From Trypethelium eluteriae (Eukaryota), in contig JAVECL010000164.1 of NCBI GenBank assembly GCA_051942245.1, forward strand, positions 1 through 40,979: a DNA stretch of 40,979 bases, given 5' to 3'. Under the pieces are notes generated by a model. That model worked only from the letters and a program-made list of their open reading frames with translations. It made no database searches and had not been told where the DNA came from. The position numbers were made by a program, and so were the translations under genes. This document shows positions 21,512 through 32,143 of the stretch, in pieces (the first letter of the stretch is position 1; every line of letters starts with the position of its first letter).

Positions 21512-23537
21512 CTACCGCAAACCCTTTCCTAAGAGCTCCGTCCCGATTTCCTTAACTAGAACATCATTGCCACTGAGCGGCTCTTTGTTCTTCACGGTTG
21601 AAGCGGCATCCATTGCCTTGCATATGTCAAGAAGATCGCCATTCTGGTGCGCAAAGAAAACAAGTAGACCTATCGCCAGAGCAAGCGCTTTCACGGCATC
21701 TTTACTCTCTTGTTCCACCGACAACGTCTCCAAGAGGGATGCCGCGAGTTCCAGTTGATCGCTTTCTGGCAGCAACTCCTGGTTCTCTTCTCTTCGGATG
21801 CGATAATTCAATGCTGCCAAATTGAAGGCCAAAGAAGCTGCAGCGACCCGAAGATTAGGATGCTTGTCATCCAAGAGGCTGACTGTCACCAGTTGGACTA
21901 GTAAGGAGCCTATCCTTGGGTTTGCTGACAAGGATTTCGACCACAGAGTGGATGCGAAGAGATTGCAAGCCAAGTGAATGGAGACTAATCGCAAGTTGTA
22001 CGGGCAGTCTTCTAGCGTTGCGACATGCTGCATCAACTTCTCGATGGTATCCTGACTGTCTTCAGCAAAGAAGCCACCGACACGAGAATCAACCATTGAT
22101 GACCGTAACAGGTCGACGGCTGCAAACAAGACCTCAGCGGGAAGCTGACTTATTGCGGAGTCCAAGAAAGCAGCGAACGCAGGTAGATCAGGCAGTGGAG
22201 TTTCACTTGCTCCGTCCTGGTTCCGCTGTTGGATAAATGATCTCAATGCTACTACGGACTGGTCACGCCCGGCATCCCCCATCTTCGCGATGAGCTTGTC
22301 GAGAGGAGGCATTTTCCCGTATAAAACTGGAGCAAGGCTCGCTCTTTGTAGATTCGGCACATCGAGCTTGGTATGAGGATGCGGCGGAAACGTTGTTTCG
22401 AGAAGCAATTTTATGTTTCCTCTCAACTGAGCTTCATTTGCGCCTGACCATTGCTCCTGCTTTTCGCCCTTTAGCAATGAGATGAAGGTCGGCGTTGCTC
22501 GAATGTCGAATTGCTGCGCAATCTCGTGCGCCTGGTTGATGTCTGCTTTGATGAAGACTGCTTTTGGTCCCGCTTCGGCGGCAAGTTCGTCGTACGGGCC
22601 GTAGACAAGCTTACATGGAGCGCAGGTTGAGGACGTGAAGAAGACGATAGCGCAGCTCTGAGCCGCGCTGGAGAGGAGTCGCGAGATTTCACTGACAGAG
22701 GTTACATTGTGCACTTTGCCTTCGGGGGCGGGTGTTGAGGTACCGTTCTTGGCATATGTCGCTCCTGTCGCTTGGTTGCTCCGGGGTGGTTGACTTTGCG
22801 CAGCTGACTTTGTCTCTTTCATCGGATCGACTTTTTGCTGCGGGGCTACAGGAGCTTGAGTGACGGTCCGCATTGTTTGATCAAGCTGCGGCTTCAACAT
22901 CTGTCCAAACGGCGTATTGAGTACAGTCTGCGGTAGCGACGTGATGTGATCTGGAATTCCCTTGCCAATAAGAAACATAGCAAAGTCATGGGAGAAGTTA
23001 TTGCAGTTGTGAGAAAACAGATCGTAAGACTGCGAGGAAAGTCAGTTCATTCGCCTTCTTCGTGTCAATAAATTTTCCTCCATACCTCAGGACTATAGGT
23101 TTCCTTCAGAGCCTCAACATACTCGAGAATCACCTCGATTGGAAGCTGGGTAGTTCCCAGATGAATCTTTTCCATGGGCGATCCGAAGTGGGTAGAACCT
23201 GGTCTACATGTGTTGATCCCATGTCCGTAGAAGTATTCGACGCCACTAATGACGATGGATGTGTGGTATACGGCGTCTGTAGGGGTTCGTTAGCCTTGCG
23301 GTGCAGCGGTCGAATAGGAATCAGACAGACCTATGTAAGTTCCAAGCAGATTTCTCGATAGCTGTGATAAAGTCGTGTTAGCGTTGCAAGTCTTGGCTGA
23401 TTTCCTTGATCGCTTGCGTTTGCATTCGTACCTGTCGGGCTAATCCCTGCGAAAATGTAAGTACTCGAGGTATAAGCATGTGAAAGCCGTTGAAAACTTA
23501 CCTGAGAAAGATCGTAGACATATACTTGTACATCCAT
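21512..23537 (-). CDS. PPPDE (DeSI-like) peptidase - thioredoxin - PUL domain protein, about 596 aa, 5 exons
   Basis: Exons 23537-23502, 23446-23432, 23361-23331, 23276-23086, 23029-21512. VQVYVYDLSQGLA…AVYHTSIV…EYFYG…YDLFSHNCNNFS (His/Cys dyad), thioredoxin TCAPCK…IRATPTF, and an armadillo-like PUL region ending RVAAASLAFN. Confidence 0.92.
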
Positions 23538-24023
23538 CGCGCAGGCTCCGTGTAGAAGGTGTTGGGATCACAGTGAGATTGATGAAGAAAGCTTCTCGGT
23601 CTGCAGAGGCTCACAAAAAGCATTTTGCCCAGCTGGAAGTTTCAGAAAATAGGCATGCACAATGACGAATCAGAGATGAGGCTCTGCGGGATGTGGCTTG
23701 CCATGTGGCTTGGTTCGCCGGACAAGTGGTGAAGTCGCCCCTTCCCCTGTCTTTAGGAGATCCATAGGTGCATACCTAGTAGCTAAGCTTTTAGGGGCCG
23801 GGGTCTCGAATTGTTCGTGTTTGGGGGAACATTCGTTTCGACATGCGAAGCTGCTTGCGCTCATTGCTTGCCACCTAAAACCGCCAATTCATCATTCATT
23901 TTGTAGCACGCTCTGCATACGTATTCGGGTTGAGTGCCGCTTTAGTACAATTCCTCCTCCCTGAGGACATTTAGCCCCTTCGACCAACGTGCCAGCACAG
24001 CACATCCAGACCAACGACACTCG

Positions 24024-25886
24024 ATGTCCAGCGGGACAGACGCTCGTGGCCGCAATGGTATCTGGTCTTATCTGAGTTTCAAAGCCGCTGCTCGACGACG
24101 AGTCTCAGTTTCCCTGCCAACTCTCAACGCTCCTAGTCCTATCGCAGAAGATCCTTATGAGAAGCCGGATAGACATCTTGGAGACGATCAGGCCACTCCT
24201 TCGAGTTTTTGGAACGACATAAGAATCGCGTGGATGAATCAAGGGCAGCGCTCTAGATACTTGAAGGTTGGGCTCATACTCTCTTTCATTATCTGCATAG
24301 GGCTATGGCTTTCGCCCGGGAAAGAATATGTGGAAGGTTGGTAGAACATTTCTTTCGGAGCGCACGACACAAATGACTCTAACTCAATCTCTTATAGAAT
24401 ATTCGCCGTTTCACACAGGGGGCAAAACGCCCGCCGACTCGACGACTGGAGGAGCAACATGTACTAAACCATACTCGTCGTCAAAGCCCCTTATACAATA
24501 TGCGCTGATGATTGACGCCGGGAGCACGGGCTCGCGCATTCACGTGTATCGATTCAATAACTGCGGACCGACGCCTGAACTCGAGGATGAAATATTCGAA
24601 CAGACCAAAAAAGTGGAAGGAGGTTCCTCTGGACTCAGCGCGTACAAAGGTAATCCCGAGGCTGCCGCAAAGAGCTTGGATGTTCTTATGGATGTCGCCG
24701 TCAAGAATGTCCCGGATCAACTCAAGTCATGCACTCCCGTTGCTGTGAAGGCTACGGCAGGTTTACGAAAGATTGGCGCAGAGGCTAGCGAGCAGATTCT
24801 ACAGGCGGTGCGGAATCGACTTGAGAATAGCTATCCGTTTCCGGTCGTTTCAGAAGCGAATGGCGGTGTAGAAGTTATGGATGGCACCGATGAAGGTGTC
24901 TACGCCTGGATCACTACGAACTATCTCCTGGGTAAAATTGGTGGACCAGATAAGACCCCGACAGCGGCCGTCTTTGATCTTGGAGGTGGCTCTACGCAGA
25001 TTGTTTTTCAACCAACTTTCAAGAAGAGCCCGTCTGGTGGCATGCCTGAGCAACTTGCTGAGGGCGACCATAAGTACGAGCTCGATTTCGGTGGTCGAAA
25101 GTTTACTCTCTATCAGCATTCTTATCTTGGCTACGGACTCATGTCGGCACGTGAGAGTCTACACAAAGAAGTCTTACTTGCAGCCTACGACCAGAAGCCT
25201 CACAGTAGTACCTCCTGGCTGGAAGAACCTCTACTCAATCCCTGCTTAGCACCAAATATGACCAAAGAGGTGGATATTCCCTTGAGCGATAGCCACCCAC
25301 TTGGCCCTTCTGTAACTATCACAATGGCAGGCCCAAGTGATGGGTCGCCAACACAATGTCGAGCCTTTGCAGAAAGGATTCTGAAGAAAGACGCTGATTG
25401 CAAGCTCGCGCCATGCGCGTTCAATGGAGTGCATCAACCGAGCCTGGAGAAGACATTTTCCCGGGAAGATATTTATCTCTTTTCTTATTTCTACGATCGC
25501 ACTAAGCCGCTCGGAATGCCAGACTCTTTCACCATCCGTGAGTTGCAAGATCTGACTCAAAGAGTCTGTGAAGGTGGGGACGCGTGGGATGTTTTCGAAA
25601 GTGTCAAGGGAGCAGTGGATGAGTTGAATGATCGACCGGAACATTGTTTGGATCTGAATTTTATGCTGGCACTGTTGCACACCGGATACGAGATGCCGAT
25701 ACATCGAGAAGTCAAGATTGCTAAGAAGATTAAAGGCAACGAACTTGGGTGGTGTTTGGGCGCAAGGTAGGTGCCCGATTGCTTCAACCTTGATCCCCCA
25801 AAAGATCGATACTAATTGTCCTTAGCTTGCCTTTGTTGAGTGCACAATCCGGCTGGAATTGCAAGGTTAATGAAGTGGTGAAGTAG
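24024..25886 (+). CDS. GDA1: Golgi guanosine diphosphatase (GDA1/CD39 NTPDase family), about 580 aa, 3 exons
   Basis: Exons 24024-24336, 24398-25766, 25826-25886. TM anchor; apyrase conserved regions IDAGSTGSRIHVY, ATAGLR, DGTDEGVYAW, DLGGGSTQ, ELGWCLGASL. Confidence 0.96.
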
Positions 25887-26075
25887 ATTTATGATCTGAT
25901 ATTTGGCGAGGCATAAAAGGCGTTCTTATGAGATTTGAGCATCTTAACGAATCATCTTGTCAAAGTTTTATTTCTGAGAAATATCTGTGTCGGGTAGGGT
26001 ATCATAAAATACAATTTTGTCTGACCATATCCACAATAACTCCAAGGCGCTTCTCCGGAATAATACCCTGCACAA

Positions 26076-26895
26076 TCACTGAACGTCCATCTCTTCGATG
26101 CCGACCTTCTCTTGCTCTCGTGGATGACCCATTAGCTTTGCCATGATATTCTTCTTGGCAGGCTGTTTCAACTCATCTTCACTGTCACTGGATGAACTGC
26201 TTGAGCTGCTGTCGCTCATTCCTTGATCTTTGTGCTCCAGCACACCCAAGCTCAAATCCTGTGAAGGGAAGGTTAGTCGAAGTCTCAAGATCTCCAGCCT
26301 CATGACACTATACCATCTCGATGTAACGCTCATCTCCATCTTCATCAACATTCTCCATGCTTTGGCCATCCAATAAGCCGTGTCTGCGTTGCTCCTCAAT
26401 CTCTTCATTGGCGAGGGCCATACGAGGCAGAAATTTGTCCAGCCGCTCCCGCAAGTTGAGCATGTGCCTCCTCCCTTGCATAGCCTTGATCCGCGGTTTC
26501 TTCCCAATCCTCAGATTAGTGATACCAGCACCATCGACCTCATCCCGTTCCATGTCTCTGTCATGTGAACCGGAGCTCGAGCTTGTGGTGGCGGCGTCGC
26601 TGTCGTCGTCGCTGTCGCCCTCGTCGCTATCACACTCCTCATCGCTGGATGCCAAAGTTGACAGACCAGAGGAGTCGAATTCATTGTCATCCGACGTGTG
26701 GCTTTCACTGGCGGCAAGGTTCCCTTCGTCGTCGGTGGGTATGAGAGCGGATGCTTCGGAGCGTTGAGGAGATGGAGTAGCGCTGCTTTCACTAGTCGAG
26801 AGTTTGCAACGTTTCGTGGCTGGATCTCCGGGGGTGGAAAAGTCGAGGGCCTCAACGACTTGAATTGTACGCTTTTGACCTCTTGGTGTAGTCAT
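26076..26895 (-). CDS. DUF4598 / NOPCHAP1-like acidic protein, about 254 aa, 2 exons
   Basis: Exons 26895-26314 and 26258-26076. LRERLDKFLPRMALANEE…ENVDED…YIEMDLSLGVLE (splice joins IEM|DLSLGV) and terminal IEEM are typical of this family. Confidence 0.8.
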
Positions 26896-27372
26896 GACGC
26901 TGGTTCTCAGGTCGGTCCCAGTTGTGTTTTCTTCGGGTCTGGTCTGGAATGTTAGAGCAGGAAAGTAATTCGCGTTGTTCTGAGAATAGCAGCTCTTGTA
27001 CCCTGGTGGGGTGTTGCAGTAGGGCCCGTGCGCGGGGCTCGCAGTAGGTGAAGCGAGTCAGGTTACGGATGTGGCCAGACGTGGCCAGATGTAGCCTCAT
27101 ACCTGGTACTGTGCCTACCAACTTCCTATATTTCTATGCCTCAATTATTTTGTTCTCATTGCTCTTTCCTCTTGGTTTGCCCGTCCTAGTTCTTTTGGAG
27201 TTGTGTCTCTGGATATTTCCTGGTAAGTCAATTATCTCTTTCTCTCCCATCATAGACTTGTTAACACTTCCTGAATCATGTGTTGCCAATTCCCTCACAC
27301 TGTTTGCCATTGTCATTTTACCCTCACCTCACATTCACCAATGCGGTTTATCCAGCCCCCCGAACTTTGCTT

Positions 27373-27407
27373 CCTATTGTCAAGGCCTATTGTCCAAGCC
27401 TATTGTC
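27373..27407 (+). repeat. Three CCTATTGTC copies at 13-bp spacing upstream of the eIF4E-like gene
   Basis: cctattgtc at 27373, 27386 and 27399; a related ccattgtc at 27307. Confidence 0.8.
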
Positions 27408-27927
27408 ATGGCTCGCGATTTCTACATCTTCAGGTATATCTACCTCTTCCTCTCCTTTCACTACTCTGTACTTCTCTTCCTCTCAATCTCTCTGCACCCA
27501 GCTTCCTCTTGATCTCTGGACAATTCCAGAACCTCAATTCTACTTCCATTTCCTTGAGAATTGCACCCAGCCTCTATCAAGATGGCTGGATTCGAACACA
27601 CCATGAAAATGGGTGACCTTTTCAAAGGCCACATGTCTTATCAACTCCGACCGTTTCCCTTGACGCACTCTTATTTCCAAGCCAATCCACACATGGCTCA
27701 TTCTCATTATCTCTTGAACTTTACCGACAGGAAGCAATGCTTAGGAATCATCGAGAGTCTTGACCTCGCCATTTCGCTCTTGCCCGAGGACTGGTATGTT
27801 CCCGATACTTCGCAAATTCGTTTGAAAACGAGACTCTGACTTTCACCCTAGTCCTGACATTGAAATTTACCAGAAACTCCAAAAAACCTGCCAGGATCAG
27901 TACGACCACTACGATCAAGACTTGGCC

Positions 27928-28780
27928 ATGGCCCACGCTCCAAAGCTCACTACTAGCAATCTTCCTACACTCTCTGAGGATGCAGCTTCTGCTACCTCGT
28001 CCCCCGCTCGTGGTAAAGAGATGCGTCAGAATCTTCTAGGAAAACTTCGCCCCCCTCCACTTGTGCATTCTTGGGAATTCTATCATGACCGTCAAGACCG
28101 CAAAAAGCCTTCTCAGGAGGAATCCGCCTCAGCCAGTAGCCAGGCTCAACCGAACTACGAAGACCGCCTTGTTAAATTGAACGATATCACTGATGTTCGC
28201 GACTTCTGGGAGACTTTCAACAACTTTGACACCACTCGCCTGCCTCTTCGTGACAGCGTTCACCTCTTCCACAAAGGCGTTAAACCCGTGTGGGAAGACA
28301 AGAGGAACGTCCACGGCGGATCTTGGACTTTTCGCGTGCCCAAGGCCCAGGGCGCTGAATTTTGGAAAGAGATTTGCATGATGGCCATCGGAGAGAAGCT
28401 GCAAGCTGCAGTTGAATCCAACAGGAAGAGTAAGTCGATTTTGACCTCCCATTTGTTCCTTGATTTTACTCGAACTAACAACGACGTCAGCGTTCGTTGA
28501 TGATATCTGCGGTATCTCGCTCTCGGTTCGCTTCACGAGTGTTCTCGTTCAAATCTGGAACCGTGACGGCAACCATAAGGCCGCTATTGACAGGCTCCTT
28601 GAGACTGTCATCGAAGAACTGCCTGAACAGCTCACGCCAAAGGAAGGCACTTACTACTATAAGAAACACGACGAGCATGCTGGTTACCAGAAACCCGAAG
28701 GAGTCCCTGCAAAACCCACCATCATTGAGGAGACCAACACTGTGCCCAAGGCTGATGATGGTGCCAAAGCACATGAATAG
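27928..28780 (+). CDS. eIF4E-family cap-binding protein, class III (eIF4E3)-like, about 263 aa, 2 exons
   Basis: Exons 27928-28429 and 28491-28780. LVHSWEFYHDR, DVRDFWETFNN, VHLFHKGVKPVWEDKRNVHGGSW, FWKEICMMAIGE, DDICGISLSVR…VQIWN. Confidence 0.93.
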
Positions 28781-29204
28781 GTGGACCTGGAGAAACTCGG
28801 ATTGGTTAAGAAGATGGCTGAAGCTGGCGATATGAATGGTTGCAAACTGACTTGATTGAGAGATGACGATCGAATGGTGACTGGATATGAGGGATTTTGA
28901 TGATTTCAAGACCAGAACGACACTTTCCTTTTTGACATGTACTATACTGCATCTGACCGGCGAAAGAGAATACGGAGGAGGACACAGCTGGAGTTTATTA
29001 AGAGTGTGCATGATCAGAAGGAGCCAGACAGGCTTTACAAGCATTAGCGAGGATTCAACTGGGCTGGCCGGGCATCACATCAAACGATCAAAATTGATAA
29101 TAGATCACGAATGAAAAATCATTGCGTCTCGACATAGACCACCAACGCCTTGCTATGCATTCGTAGCTCAAGCTCCTCTCAGCCAGTCCCAAAAGCCAAG
29201 TCTC

Positions 29205-29923
29205 TTACCCAAACACCCCAGCCCTCCTCATTACCCCCTCGAAGGCCTCCAACCCGACTCCCTTCCCGACCCCTTCCCCTCCATTCGCCTCCGCAATCAT
29301 ATCTCTCAGCACCCTCTCATCAACCTCCTCCCTCAACTCGCGTGCCACTCGCCGCAGATGCGCCAGCGTGATCGTCTCCCCTTCGCCTCGTGTAAACATC
29401 TGGAACGCATCGCCGACCTCCTCCGCCACGTCCTCCGCCGACGACGGCTTGCTCCGCAGCTTCAACGCCGCGACTGCGATGAAGTGTGGGTAGGTGACGT
29501 AGCCGGTGCTCGTGGGATCGAGCGTGGACTTGAGTTCGCGGAGCTCGGATGGGGAGGGGGTGAGGTTTAAGGCACTGGCGATCCATGATTAGTATGATTA
29601 GATCGAGTGTCGACTGTGGGGGGTTGAGGGAGTGACGTTGGAATTGGAGATGGTGGGGAGGAGAGTGTACATTAAGCAGCGTCGGACATCTTGAGTTGGG
29701 AGAACACCCTCTTTTTCTTCGTAGTCGTCGTGTTGGACGGCAAACAGGGCAAAGGCTTCTTGGATGGACGTTTCTTCTTCGGCGCTTATGTGGTTCTCTT
29801 TGGCGAGCTTGGATTGCCGTCTTTTGACTGGCTTGGTTTCTTGCGCTTGCGTGCGCTTCTTGGGAGCCTGCAAGTAATATGAGAAGTGCAATAGAGAGGC
29901 TGAGTTGCAGGTACACCCACCAT
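29205..29923 (-). CDS. Divergent centrin/calmodulin-like EF-hand protein, about 189 aa, 3 exons
   Basis: Exons 29923-29921 (ATG only), 29867-29671, 29574-29205. SKLAKEN…EEETSIQEAFALF…DVRRCLIAL…LDPTSTGYVTYPHF…AFQMFT…ITLAHLRRVARELRE…DMIAEAN…FEGVMRRAGVF. EF-hand loops are partly degenerate. Confidence 0.85.
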
Positions 29924-29933
29924 ATCATCAGCC

Positions 29934-30380
29934 TTGATTGACTCGTCTATCAAGACGTTCTGGTGGGTCGTTAAGTCTTGCCGTCCTATGCAGATTGCGG
30001 GGTACGACTCGTCACTGCAGAAGGGCTAGTACCAGGTAGGTAGAAAGGCTAAGCGAACGATAATTGACTCCGCCATAGTAGGTACTTTACAAGGACTTAA
30101 CATCAATTGCATATTTCACAGCAATTTTAGCGTTGCTGAAGAGCGCAAAAGCAGCAGGCTGGACTTATTACCATTCGCGTTGATTAACTTGTCTGTTAAG
30201 ACGTGCTGGTGGGTTGTTAAGTCTTGCCGCTGTATACAGATTGCAGGGTACAACTTGTCACTACCAAAGGGCCAGTACCAGATTAGGTAGGTAAGGTAAT
30301 ACACTACGGACGCGAGTTGACCTTAGATCGTATTTCACAGCAATTTTAGCATCGCTGAAGAGCGTAGCAGGCTGGACTTA
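29934..30380. repeat. Tandem duplication A-B-A'-B' with transition-biased divergence
   Basis: A 29934-30043 vs A' 30180-30290; B 30112-30167 vs B' 30331-30380 (TATTTCACAGCAATTTTAGC…GCAGGCTGGACTTA). Confidence 0.92.
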
Positions 30381-30736
30381 CGACTTTCGGCAACACTCAG
30401 GTCCTGAGTAGCCACATTCTTTATCCATCCCCTCCAAATGATATTCAACCAGTAAGGATTTTCTATTCTATTCTTCAAGGTCCATCAGAATCGTCACATA
30501 CTCGATTCTCAATTGATCACCATTGCCAGACGGGTTCTTGTTATATATGACGTACAGCAAGCGAGGCAGCTGCTAGTTGCTCCGTGCCCTTGAAGCTATG
30601 TAGCCAGCCTGATTTTCACCAACCTCCACCCCAGCCTTAACAGGAAGTCTAATAATATCAACTGCTTCTCCTTAGGCCTCCATTTCAATGTACCGTTCAG
30701 AAATCGCTCACAGATTTACGATCACTAAGTTTCAAC

Positions 30737-31300
30737 ATGGAGAATCCAGTTCGTGAGATTCCGGCGGTCGTCCATCTCTTGACCCAAACTCCACCTTCGA
30801 TTCAACGCGACACCCTTGAGACCTACTTCACGCCCAATGCAGCCTTCAACCATCCTTTCTGTCGAGTGGAGTCCTGGTTCCCATCCTCGCGATCCATCAT
30901 TCGCGCCATATACCACTGGTATAAGATCATGTCTCCTAAAATCCTACTCTCCGTCGAGTCTGTAGCTTTCGATCAGCCCAACAATCTTCTTTACGTTGGC
31001 ATCTCTCAGCGCTTCGCAATCTGGTTTGTGCCGTTGTACCGCTCCAATGTCAAGCTTGTCACCGTCCTGCAGTTGGAATACCAGAAGTCGAACGCGAAAT
31101 ATTACATTAAGAGCCAGAATGATCTGTACCAGACGGATCAATTCGTCAAGTTTGTGCTGCCATATGGCGGTCCGGTGCTGGTATGGATATGGCAAACTGT
31201 TGCAACACTTGCCTGCGTCCTGTTGGCACTACTATTCTGGCCTGTGTCGGCAATTCAGGAATATGTGCACCCGCAGCATCCGGCCAAGAGGTCAAGCTAA
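30737..31300 (+). CDS. Conserved fungal NTF2/SnoaL-like (SigF-like) domain protein with C-terminal hydrophobic segment, 187 aa
   Basis: Intronless ORF in AACATGG context. MENPVREI…YFTPNAAFNHPFCRV…IYHWYKIMSP…YYIKSQNDLYQ resembles an NTF2-fold fungal family; function unknown. Confidence 0.82.
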   Translation: MENPVREIPAVVHLLTQTPPSIQRDTLETYFTPNAAFNHPFCRVESWFPSSRSIIRAIYHWYKIMSPKILLSVESVAFDQPNNLLYVGISQRFAIWFVPLYRSNVKLVTVLQLEYQKSNAKYYIKSQNDLYQTDQFVKFVLPYGGPVLVWIWQTVATLACVLLALLFWPVSAIQEYVHPQHPAKRSS

Positions 31301-32143
31301 GGCGGCAGCTTAACTATCCCCGGAACCCGATTTTTACAATCTTGCAGAAGAGGACGGTGCCGCGGATGAACAGAACTGGATTGTCTCATAAATCGGCGAG
31401 TTTTCTACGTCACTTCGCGTTTGTCGTACGATATTCCGCAGACGAGGTTCTTCTACAAAGTGCAAGGAGGCTTAGGCATAAACCCGGTTCTAAGGTTCTA
31501 ATTTATTAATGGTCATGGAATCCTAATATACCTCGGTCTGCTGGCGGGCCAGAATTCAAGAGATTGCGCGTAAGACCTATGTATATTATCTAACGCAAAG
31601 AAATCCATATACCTGAAAAAGTAGTGGAATCGATTCGTGTCGAACTTCTTGACAAATGTCAATCCATTTTCCTCTAGTTCCTGCAAGGTTGCTGAATCTG
31701 GGCTGGCGTGGCTGGGAACATTACCTGGTAGAACACTCCAGGCTTCGGAGTTTTTCGCCCCGCGTTACGAAGTGCCCCACCATTGATCAATCTTGACATT
31801 TGTTAAAGGTCTGTTTAGTAATACTTGAAACGCATCTTACTGATATTCAGGTGACATTGTTTTAAAGAACAGGGTTAGACCCTTACTCTGCTTCTTAAGC
31901 TATTGTGCAGGTTTACAACACTGAGGACCCGCATAATAAACTCTATTGTGCTCATGTCATACCACAATGACGTCGATCTTTCGTGGGTGCTTGGCTCTGT
32001 CCTCGCAGCTACGTGCATAAGGTGTTCGAGGTACTTAATGTATTAAGCTACGGCTTCCAATTTTCTCCCATACCTGTCTGTAATTTGCTTCTTTGTACAG
32101 AGCAAATAGTGTCTTTCCAAACTTTCTGCAATCTACACAAGCT

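Noticed and set aside
27048..27616. Hydrophobic ORFs of 108-154 aa upstream of the eIF4E-like gene
   Set aside because: Non-ATG starts; the hydrophobicity reflects pyrimidine-rich leader/intron sequence.
29934..30380. CRISPR-like or LTR interpretation of the repeats
   Set aside because: Only two long degenerate copies, no repeat-spacer periodicity, eukaryotic context, no TG…CA termini, target-site duplication or internal coding region seen.
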